Positions 1 to 7,497 of a stretch of DNA of 47,796 bases are shown here, piece by piece. Origin of the DNA: Deinococcus sp. (GTDB taxonomy: Bacteria > Deinococcota > Deinococci > Deinococcales > Deinococcaceae); contig JAGLBK010000001.1 of the NCBI GenBank assembly GCA_018260275.1, positions 1-47,796 of the forward strand, read 5' to 3'. A model generated the notes under the pieces. The model was not told the DNA's origin. It was given only the letters and a program-made list of their open reading frames with translations, and ran no database searches. Position 1 is the stretch's first letter. Each line of letters starts with the position of its first letter. The translations under genes were made by a program, and so were the position numbers.

Positions 1-101
1 ACAGGGGCAGCCGTTTGGCCGAAAGCCTGCCCGAATCCGGCAAAGGCCGCCGCCCCGCCCAGCACACGCAAAAAGCCTCTGCGGTTTTCAATGTCAGTCA
101 T
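1..101 (-). CDS. N-terminal fragment of a Tat-exported protein (runs off the left edge)
   Basis: ATG at 101 with upstream GGAG; reads MTDIENRRGFLRVLGGAAAFAGFGQAFGQTAAP, i.e. twin-arginine motif NRRGFL plus hydrophobic stretch; absent from the ORF track because truncated. Confidence 0.75.
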   Translation of the reverse strand, partial: MTDIENRRGFLRVLGGAAAFAGFGQAFGQTAAP

Positions 102-124
102 GTCGTTCTGTTCTCCAGAAAGCA

Positions 125-164
125 GAAAGCCGTGAACTGTTCTGCTGCTTATTTCACGGCTTTC
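125..164. terminator. 12-bp perfect stem-loop downstream of catalase
   Basis: GAAAGCCGTGAA (125-136) pairs with TTCACGGCTTTC (153-164); terminator or mRNA-stabilising hairpin. Confidence 0.5.
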
Positions 165-211
165 AGTGCTTAAAAATGCTTAAGGTCAAAAGCTTGGCCT
201 GCTTAAGCCGT

Positions 212-2479
212 TCAGGCGACCGGACGGCCCCAGAAGCGGTGCTCGGCCAGTGCCTTGAGCATGTCGTCCTTCGTGGCCCCAGCGTCATGTCCAGCCACGA
301 TGCCGTGAGCCTTGAGCGAAGCGGCGCTGTTCCACAGCCAGCCCGAACCGGCGACTTCCGAGAGGTTCTGCACCGGGGCCGCCTTGGCCGCAGGGGCTTT
401 GGCATCGGCCTTGACGCCCATAGCTTTCAGGGCCTTGCCGATGGGCGAGGCGGTCAGCAGTTCGGTGCCTTCAGCCAGCGCAAAGATGGGCTTGGCGTGG
501 CGGTAGCACTCGACCACGAAGTTCTGCGCCTCGGGGCGGGCCACCAGGGCCTGCACGCTGGCAGCTCCACCGGGAACCATTACGGCGTCGTACAGCACCG
601 GGTCGGTGTTGGAGAGGGTCTTCTTGGCTTCCAGGCCGTCAATCATACCCAGGTGGGTGCCCACCAGTTCGCTCTTGGCTCCGGCGGCGGCCAGCTCAGC
701 CTGCACCGCTTTGACCTGCGCCACGTTCACGCCGGGCGCAATCAGAATTGCGACTTTGCGGCCCTTGGGCAGTTTGGGCTGGCCGTCCTGCTGGCTCAGC
801 GCCTTGGCCTTTTGCAGCTTGCCGGAGGCGGTGGTCTTGGAAGCCGCCGTTGCCAGCAGGGCTACTTCATCCGCGCTGTCCTGTGCGCCGCCGGGCTTGG
901 CGGTCTTGGGAGCGCGCGGTTTTTCGCCCAGCGCGATAGCCACCTGCGAGGCCAGCGTCTCGTTGACCTTTTCGAGGTGGTCGAGCATGTGCAGGCGCAG
1001 GTCGCGCAGCTCACACATGCTCAGCTCGAAGGCCCACGACTTGGCGATGTGCTCGCGCTCCACGGGCGTCATGGAGTTCCAGAACAGTTTGGCCTGTCCG
1101 TAGTGGTCGCTGAAGCTGTTGGCGCGGGCACGCTGCTTGGTGTCGCGCATCTGCTCGGGGTAGCTCACGAAGCCGTGCGCTCCGGCGGGGGCGGGCAGGT
1201 TGGCGGCCATTGTATTGGGAAAGTACGCCACCCGGCCAGGGTTGATGGTCTGGCGCATATGGCCGTCGCGCTGGTTGTTGCGAACCGGGGTCAGCGGGCG
1301 GTTGATGGGCAGTTCGTTCCAGTTGGGGCTGCCCAGGCGCGAGAGCTGGGTGTCGAGGTAGCTGAAGGTGCGGCCCTGGAGCAAGGGATCGTTGGAAAAG
1401 TCCATGCCGGGCACGATGTTGGTGGGCATGAACGCCACCTGCTCGGTTTCCGAGAAGTAGTTGTCGGGGTTGCGGTTGAGCACGATATGCCCGATACGCT
1501 GCACCGGCACGAGGTCTTCAGGAACAATCTTGGTGGGGTCGAGTACGTCGAAATCCCACCCGGCGGCCTGCTTCTCGCTAAAGACCTGCACGCCAAATTC
1601 CCACTCCAGGGTGCCGCCCTGGTCGATGGTGTCCCACATGTTGCGGCGGTGAAAGTCGGCGTCCTTACCAGCAATCTTCTGCGCCTCGTCCCAGACCAGC
1701 GAGTGCGCACCCAGTACGGGCTTAAAGTGGTACTTCACGAAATGGGCCTGGCCCTGCGCGTTAATCAGGCGGAAAGTATGGACCCCGAAGCCGTCCATCA
1801 TGTCGAAACTGCGCGGGATGGTGCGGTCGGAGTGCAGCCACATCATCATGTGCATGGCCTCGGGGGTCTGCGAGATGAAGTCGTAGAAGGTGTCGTGGGC
1901 GCTGGCCGCCTGCGGAATCTCGCGGTGCGGCTCAGGCTTGACCGAGTGAATCAGGTCGGGGAACTTGATGGCGTCCTGAATGAAGAACACGGGGATGTTG
2001 TTGCCCACGATGTCCCAGTTGCCTTCTTTGGTGTAGAACTTGACGGCAAAACCGCGCACGTCGCGGGGGGTGTCCACCGAGCCGCGTGAACCGGCCACCG
2101 TGGAAAAGCGCATGAACAGTGGTGTTTCCACGCCGACCTCGGTCAGCACCTTGGCGGTGGTGTACTCGGCCAGCGACTTGTCGAGCCGGAAGTAACCGTG
2201 CGCCCCCGCCCCGCGTGCGTGCACGATGCGCTCGGGAATGCGCTCGTGGTCGAAGTGCATGATCTTTTCGCGGAAAAAGAAGTCCTCGAGCAGCGTGGGA
2301 CCGTGTGCGCCCGCCCGCAGGCTGTTCTGGTCGTCACTGACCGGGTGGCCCATGTTGTCGGTCAGGGTCTTGCCGCCGGGCGCGGTATTGGCGCTCAGGT
2401 CATCGGCCTTGGTGTCGGCGTCGAAGGTGGGCAGGGTGTCCTGCAGGGCGATAGGAGTGGAGCGTTTGCGCTTGGGCAT
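212..2479 (-). CDS. katE: Large-subunit monofunctional catalase HPII with C-terminal DJ-1/PfpI-like domain
   Basis: FDHERIPERIVHARG, RFSTVAGSRG, RDVRGFAVKFYT, RTFSYLDTQ (proximal Tyr), C-terminal GRKVAIL...YDAVMVPGG...HAKPI; ATG 2479 preferred (GAGG upstream) over 2512. Confidence 0.95.
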   Translation of the reverse strand: MPKRKRSTPIALQDTLPTFDADTKADDLSANTAPGGKTLTDNMGHPVSDDQNSLRAGAHGPTLLEDFFFREKIMHFDHERIPERIVHARGAGAHGYFRLDKSLAEYTTAKVLTEVGVETPLFMRFSTVAGSRGSVDTPRDVRGFAVKFYTKEGNWDIVGNNIPVFFIQDAIKFPDLIHSVKPEPHREIPQAASAHDTFYDFISQTPEAMHMMMWLHSDRTIPRSFDMMDGFGVHTFRLINAQGQAHFVKYHFKPVLGAHSLVWDEAQKIAGKDADFHRRNMWDTIDQGGTLEWEFGVQVFSEKQAAGWDFDVLDPTKIVPEDLVPVQRIGHIVLNRNPDNYFSETEQVAFMPTNIVPGMDFSNDPLLQGRTFSYLDTQLSRLGSPNWNELPINRPLTPVRNNQRDGHMRQTINPGRVAYFPNTMAANLPAPAGAHGFVSYPEQMRDTKQRARANSFSDHYGQAKLFWNSMTPVEREHIAKSWAFELSMCELRDLRLHMLDHLEKVNETLASQVAIALGEKPRAPKTAKPGGAQDSADEVALLATAASKTTASGKLQKAKALSQQDGQPKLPKGRKVAILIAPGVNVAQVKAVQAELAAAGAKSELVGTHLGMIDGLEAKKTLSNTDPVLYDAVMVPGGAASVQALVARPEAQNFVVECYRHAKPIFALAEGTELLTASPIGKALKAMGVKADAKAPAAKAAPVQNLSEVAGSGWLWNSAASLKAHGIVAGHDAGATKDDMLKALAEHRFWGRPVA

Positions 2480-2645
2480 GGTAAAAAACCTCTTCTTGAG
2501 CAGGAGCGGCAACGTTATGCTGAAACCGCTGACGGGGAGCCTTACTGCGAATTATTCCTACCAACCAGTTCTAGCGCGTACAGGCAGCCAAAAGATAAGA
2601 AAAGCGCAGAGATGAAGCTTGACTTAAAGCTGGGGTTGCTGATGA

Positions 2646-2843
2646 CCAGGTTTTTATCTTGACTCGGTACAAAACCAGTTTTTGGCCGCACATCGGCAGT
2701 TCTGTTGGTCACACGCCCCCTCTCCTGCGGAGCTTTGCAAGCCACCCGCCGCTACGCGGCACCCTCTCCCACCAGGGTAGAGGGTCGGAAGGCTATAAAC
2801 GGGTCGCCCCTCTTCTTTGAACTCGGTTGAGATAAAAACCTGG
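2646..2843. mobile_element. MITE-like element A (198 bp), 14-bp TIR, 7-bp target duplication
   Basis: CCAGGTTTTTATCT (2646-2659) / AGATAAAAACCTGG (2830-2843); CTGATGA directly repeated at 2639-2645 and 2844-2850. Confidence 0.75.
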
Positions 2844-2853
2844 CTGATGACCA

Positions 2854-2961
2854 GAGCATTGGACAAAGAGAAGTTGCCTTGCGGCCCCCCTTACCTCTTA
2901 CTTCGCAAGGCCCAGCAGGCACGACAGTCAGTAGCGCACAGCCCTCTTACGTCGAATGCTC
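2854..2961. repeat. Degenerate IR-bounded small repeat B
   Basis: GAGCATTGGAC (2854-2864) / GTCGAATGCTC (2951-2961), 10 of 11 complementary; internal hairpin GCCTTGCG/CGCAAGGC (2876-2911). Confidence 0.45.
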
Positions 2962-2988
2962 CACGCTCAACCCTGAGCTGAAGCGCAG

Positions 2989-3232
2989 GGGTGCATCCCA
3001 CCATTCTGGGATAAATGGGCTTAACGCCTCTCTCGAGAAGCAGAAAAAACCTGTCTGTGATGTGCTTTCTTATCCCTCTCCACTCGTGGGACTCGTAGAG
3101 CCGCTTGCGGAGAGGGAGGGAGCTGCGGAGCGGCGGAAGGGTGATTGGTACAGCTCGCAGAGAGGGGGCGTGTGACCAGCACAGTAAAAATGACCTCCCT
3201 TGCCGTCCGTCCCATTTTGGTGGGATGCACCC
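2989..3232. mobile_element. MITE-like element C (244 bp), 15-bp TIR, 9-bp target duplication
   Basis: GGGTGCATCCCACCA (2989-3003) / TGGTGGGATGCACCC (3218-3232); GAAGCGCAG repeated at 2980-2988 and 3233-3241. Confidence 0.8.
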
Positions 3233-3286
3233 GAAGCGCAGGCGAGGAAGCCCAGTCAAGATAGAAGGTGGACAGCGGCGGGCGTT

Positions 3287-3624
3287 GCTCCGAACAAAAG
3301 TTTCCGACGCATCGAAGAGTCCTGTCCCAGCCGTCAAATCCAGCTACCAAAATGGGAACAACATCGGTCACAGGCTCAAAAATCTGCTTCGGAAAATCTG
3401 GCCTCCTGGCGCAGAGTTTCCAGTTTGCCTCCAAACCAGCTCAGCCAGATGCCCAGTTCTTTCCGGTTTTGGTTCCTCTGGCATCCTGCCGTTCAACCAA
3501 GACTCCTGTCTGGCACAAGAAGAAAACTAAAAACCCTGCTGTGACCGATGTTTTTCTTGGGTGGAGCAGGTTTTTTTTCGCCTCAGACGAACTCTATTTT
3601 CTGCCGGAAACTTTTGTTCGGAGC
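3287..3624. repeat. Long degenerate inverted repeat D (~87-bp arms)
   Basis: Perfect 20-bp outer pair 3287-3306 / 3605-3624; perfect 14-bp inner pair 3360-3373 / 3539-3552; partial complementarity between them. Confidence 0.75.
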
Positions 3625-3666
3625 GTCCCGCCTCCTTGAGCACCCGCACGAATCTGTTCAAAGCGG

Positions 3667-4701
3667 TCATGAGCCGAACCGTCTTGGCACTTCTGAGGGC
3701 ACGCTGGTGCTGCCGCGCACGATCAGGGTGGCCGGGAACAGTTGCGGCACTTTCAGCGAATCGGCCCGGCCTTCAAGAAGCGCCAGCATCAGCTCTGCCG
3801 CCACCTGGGCCATCTGCTCGACCGGCTGGGCAATCACCGTGATTGGGGGTTCGACCAGTGCAGTCCATGGATAGTCGTCGAAGGAAATCAGACTCAGGTC
3901 GTCCGGCAGCCGGACATTCAGCTCCTGCAGGGCGCGGTAGGCACCGATGGCCTGCGTGCCAGTCAGGGCCACCAGGGCAGTGGGGGGGCAGGGCAACGCG
4001 AGCAGTTCGTGCGTCAGTTCGTAGGCCGACTCCTCATTCAGCAATGTGACACGCTGATATTCCCTGGGTACAGTCAGGCCCGCCGCATTCATCGCCTCCG
4101 GGAAAACGCGGCTGCGGTCTTCCGGGTGCATGGTCGGATGGTACGTGCCCAGCGCCGCGATCCGCCTGTGCCCCAGCGCCGCGAGGTGCTGCACCGCCAT
4201 CCGGATCGCCTGGGCATTGTCGAGACTGACCGACGGATACGGACTCCCCGGCGGCGAAAAATCGAATTCGACGATGGTCACGCCCCGGCCTGCCAGGCGG
4301 GCAAGGTAATCCCGACTGTCGCCGCCGTACCCGGCCCGCAACATGATCCCGGCGACCCGTTGCCCGTACAGGCGGCTCAGTTCGGTCAGTTCCTGCGCGG
4401 CGCTGTACTCGTTTTCACTGATGATGAGGCTGTAGCCCGCTTCTTTGAGGTGAAGGGTCACGGCGCGGGCAAACTGGGCAAAAAACGGCTCCAGAATGCT
4501 GCCGACAATCAGCCCCACCGTGCTGTTGCGACCGCCCCGCAGCGCCCCGGCACGCTGGTCGGGTTCATAGTTCAACTGCTCGATGGCCTCCTGCACCCGC
4601 GCCAAGGTAGCGGGAGTAAGTTTCTGAGGCTCATGCAACGCCCGCTTGGCCGTCGTAGCAGAGACACCAGCCAGCCGAGCGACATCCTGAATCGTGGGCA
4701 C
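3667..4701 (-). CDS. LacI-family transcriptional regulator
   Basis: TIQDVARLAGVS HTH, hinge YEPDQRAGAL, PDDLSLISFDD, LIVRGST; divergent from the polyol operon. Confidence 0.95.
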   Translation of the reverse strand: MPTIQDVARLAGVSATTAKRALHEPQKLTPATLARVQEAIEQLNYEPDQRAGALRGGRNSTVGLIVGSILEPFFAQFARAVTLHLKEAGYSLIISENEYSAAQELTELSRLYGQRVAGIMLRAGYGGDSRDYLARLAGRGVTIVEFDFSPPGSPYPSVSLDNAQAIRMAVQHLAALGHRRIAALGTYHPTMHPEDRSRVFPEAMNAAGLTVPREYQRVTLLNEESAYELTHELLALPCPPTALVALTGTQAIGAYRALQELNVRLPDDLSLISFDDYPWTALVEPPITVIAQPVEQMAQVAAELMLALLEGRADSLKVPQLFPATLIVRGSTSVPSEVPRRFGS

Positions 4702-4844
4702 GAGACCACTCTACGCTCTCAGACGGGATATTTATGACTTCTCAAGGAATTGATGGACACGAGACCATCACGGCCAGGTCAACGATTAAGGCCCAGCTAT
4801 GGACAAATGTCACTCTTTGTGTGTCACTAATGGACACGAGACCA
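4695..4844. promoter_or_regulatory. Three LacI-type operators, consensus TGGWCWCGWGWCCA
   Basis: TGGGCACGAGACCA 4695-4708 (over the lacI start codon), TGGACACGAGACCA 4754-4767 and 4831-4844; central CG typical of LacI sites. Confidence 0.8.
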
Positions 4845-4977
4845 TTTTCAAAAGCGCGCAGGTGGAGCGGCCACCTGGCCCGCAGCCGTATCCCGTTACG
4901 GTTACGCCCGCCCCGTATCGTCCAGTTCCCGCCTGGCAGGGAGTCCATCCCGGCCCGGCACTCCCCGGAGGAATCTC

Positions 4978-6306
4978 ATGAAGCGAATCTTACTGTTGTC
5001 TCTGGCCCTTTTCGGCACGGCTCAGGCCGCCAGCACCATCACCATTGCCACCGTGAACAACCCCGACATGGTGACCATGCAGAAGCTGACACCCGAATTC
5101 AACAAGAAGTACCCCGACATCAACGTCAAATGGGTCACTCTGCCTGAAAACGAACTGCGCCAGAAGATCACACTGGATGTCGCCAGCGGCGCAGGCACCT
5201 TCGACCTTGCCACCGTCGGCAGCTACGAAGTGCCGATCTGGGCCAAGAACGGCTGGCTCGATCCCCTGACGCCCATGTTCGCCAAAGACCCCGCCCTGGC
5301 CAAGGCCTACGACCTGAACGATGTGCTGCCTACCGTCCGTAGCGCCCTGTCGAACGGCGGCCAGCTGTACGCCGTACCCTTCTACGCCGAAAGCAGCATG
5401 ACGTACTACAACAAGGACCTGTTCAAGGCCGCGAACGTGACCATGCCCGCTGCTCCCACCTGGCAGCAGATTCAGACGCTGGCCAGCAAGATTCACAACC
5501 CGAGCAAAGGCGTCTACGGCATCTGCCTGCGCGGTCTGCCCGGCTGGGGCGAAAACATGGGCCTGTTCTCGACGATGGTCAACACCTTCGGGGGCCGCTG
5601 GTACGACATGAAGTGGCAGCCCCAGATCAATACGCCCGCCTGGAAGCAGGCCGTGACCTTCTACGTCGATACCCTCAAGAAGTACGGCCCTCCCGGCGCG
5701 ACCAGCAACGGCTTCACCGAGAACCTGACGCTGATGAGCCAGGGCAAGTGCGGGATCTGGGTCGACGCCACGGTGGGCGCAGGCTTCCTGAGCGACCCGG
5801 CCAACAGCAAGGTCGTCGGTAAAGTCGGCTTTGCCAAAGCGCCGGTCGGCCCCGGCACCCCGCGCGGCAGCAACTGGTTCTGGAGCTGGAACCTCGCCAT
5901 TCCCAAGAGCAGCAAGCAGGCCGACTCGGCGTTCAAGTTCCTGACCTGGGCCACCAGCAAGGACTACATCGCGCTGGTCGCCAAGACCAAGGGCACCTGG
6001 GCCAGCGTTCCTCCAGGCACCCGCAACAGCACCTATAACAACCCCCAGTACAAGGCTGCCGCCGGAGCCTTCAGCAGCCTGGTGCTGAGCAGCATCAAGA
6101 GCGCCGACGTGACCAAGGCGACCAAGGACCCTGTGCCCTATACCGGCATCCAGTACATCTCGATTCCGCAGTTCCAGGCCCTCGGCACCCAGGTCGGTCA
6201 GTACCTCGCCGGTGCCCTCAGCGGTCAGAGCACCATCGACGCTACCCTCAAGCAGATGCAGGACGCTGCCCAGAAAACCGCCAAGGACGGCGGCTACCAG
6301 AAGTAA
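4978..6306 (+). CDS. Polyol (sorbitol/mannitol) ABC transporter substrate-binding protein, SmoE/MtlE-like
   Basis: Signal peptide ending AQA; TIATVNNPDM, PFYAESS, CLRGLPGWGEN, WVDATV, PPGTR, PVPYTGIQY. Confidence 0.9.
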   Translation: MKRILLLSLALFGTAQAASTITIATVNNPDMVTMQKLTPEFNKKYPDINVKWVTLPENELRQKITLDVASGAGTFDLATVGSYEVPIWAKNGWLDPLTPMFAKDPALAKAYDLNDVLPTVRSALSNGGQLYAVPFYAESSMTYYNKDLFKAANVTMPAAPTWQQIQTLASKIHNPSKGVYGICLRGLPGWGENMGLFSTMVNTFGGRWYDMKWQPQINTPAWKQAVTFYVDTLKKYGPPGATSNGFTENLTLMSQGKCGIWVDATVGAGFLSDPANSKVVGKVGFAKAPVGPGTPRGSNWFWSWNLAIPKSSKQADSAFKFLTWATSKDYIALVAKTKGTWASVPPGTRNSTYNNPQYKAAAGAFSSLVLSSIKSADVTKATKDPVPYTGIQYISIPQFQALGTQVGQYLAGALSGQSTIDATLKQMQDAAQKTAKDGGYQK

Positions 6307-6329
6307 GTCCGGACACCAATTCAGCAGTT

Positions 6330-6503
6330 ATACGGATTCCGATTGAATCCAAAACTGCTGGATTCAATCCGAGCGGATACGGTCAGGCTTGCTTAAGCGA
6401 GTCCGTTCTGACCAAGACGCGAGTAGGAAAGAATACGGGTTTCGCGGTATGGAGACGCAGGCGGTGCTTTCCTGACTGCGGCGGAATTCAGCGGAATCCG
6501 TAT
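6330..6503. repeat. Deinococcus SRE-like small repetitive element
   Basis: ATACGGATTCCG (6330-6341) / CGGAATCCGTAT (6492-6503); TTA on both flanks; several internal hairpins. Confidence 0.8.
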
Positions 6504-6563
6504 TAGCCGTTGCGGTGGACTCAGGAGCAGCTCTTTTCCTGACAAGCCGCAACCTTTTTAGAG

Positions 6564-7496
6564 GTGAACTCCGTGACGATTGCCAATCCATCCGGCACTA
6601 CTGCCCTGCCCCCAAAATCCAAGAGCGGCTTCAAGCTCTCCCCCGCTGCGCTGATCTGGCCCGCCATGCTGTACCTGATCCTGACGACTCAGGTTCCGTT
6701 TTTCATGACGATCTACTACTCGTTTTTTCAGTACAACCTGCTGGACCCGACCAGCCGCCCGTTCATCGGGCTGGGCAACTACGCCACGCTGCTGACCGAT
6801 CCACAGAACCTCAAGATCGTACTGAATACGATTGTGCTGGCCCTCGCCTCGCTGGTGCTGACCCTGATCATCGGCGGCGGCCTCGCCATGCTGCTCAACC
6901 GCGAGTTTCCAGGCCGCTCACTGCTGCGGACCCTGCTCATCAGCTCGTTTCTGGTGATGCCGGTCGTGACCGCCGTCATCTGGAAGAACATGCTGATGAA
7001 CCCGGTCTTCGGATTTTTCTCGTGGGTCATTACCAAGCTGGGCGGGCAGCCGGTGGACTGGCTGGCGCAGTACCCGATGGCCAGCGTGGTCGCCATGATC
7101 ACCTGGGAATGGACTCCGTTTGCCATGCTCATTTTGCTCACGGGCCTGCAAAGCCTGCCGGACGACCAGCTGGAAGCCGCCCGCTTGGACGGGGCCAGCC
7201 CCCTGCAGGAATTCCAGCACATCGTTTTACCGCACTGGACCCAGGCCATTCAGGTGGTCGTGCTGATGGAAACGATCGCGCTGCTCCAGGTCTACGGCGA
7301 AATCTACGGCTCGACCTCGGGCGGCCCCGGCATCGCCACGACCAACCTGCCGTACTTCATCTACCAGAAAGCCTTTGCGGAATACAACATCGGCCTGGCC
7401 AGCGCAGCCGGGGTCATCACGGTCGTCCTGACCAACATTCTGGCCGTGTACATGCTGCGTATTATTACCCGCAACCAGCCCAGCAAGGGGGAATGA
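6564..7496 (+). CDS. Polyol ABC transporter permease (SmoF/MtlF-like)
   Basis: Multi-TM; EAA loop EAARLDGA; WEWTPFAML. Confidence 0.92.
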   Translation: MNSVTIANPSGTTALPPKSKSGFKLSPAALIWPAMLYLILTTQVPFFMTIYYSFFQYNLLDPTSRPFIGLGNYATLLTDPQNLKIVLNTIVLALASLVLTLIIGGGLAMLLNREFPGRSLLRTLLISSFLVMPVVTAVIWKNMLMNPVFGFFSWVITKLGGQPVDWLAQYPMASVVAMITWEWTPFAMLILLTGLQSLPDDQLEAARLDGASPLQEFQHIVLPHWTQAIQVVVLMETIALLQVYGEIYGSTSGGPGIATTNLPYFIYQKAFAEYNIGLASAAGVITVVLTNILAVYMLRIITRNQPSKGE

Positions 7497-7497
7497 C

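Noticed and set aside
176-2089. 637-aa plus-strand ORF, and similar long shadow ORFs (3742-4737, 13949-15010, 22256-23539, 34843-36378, 40170-41513, 41545-43449, 44318-45619)
   Set aside because: Antisense to well-supported genes, no recognisable motifs; expected from high-GC codon bias
2515-2531. RDRM-like TTATGCTGAAACCGCTG upstream of katE, and similar half-matches at 111-127 and 41697-41713
   Set aside because: Only one half fits the palindrome
3251-3271. AGTCAAGATA resembling the inner end of element A
   Set aside because: 10-bp match without the terminal CCTGG or a partner; may be chance
3449-3544. 31-aa ORF inside inverted repeat D as a type I toxin
   Set aside because: No RBS and no transmembrane helix; only the end-to-end pairing is suggestive
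2542-3639. Many 60-150 aa ORFs in the katE-lacI interval
   Set aside because: They cross repeat-element boundaries, lack RBS and motifs, and none resembles a transposase
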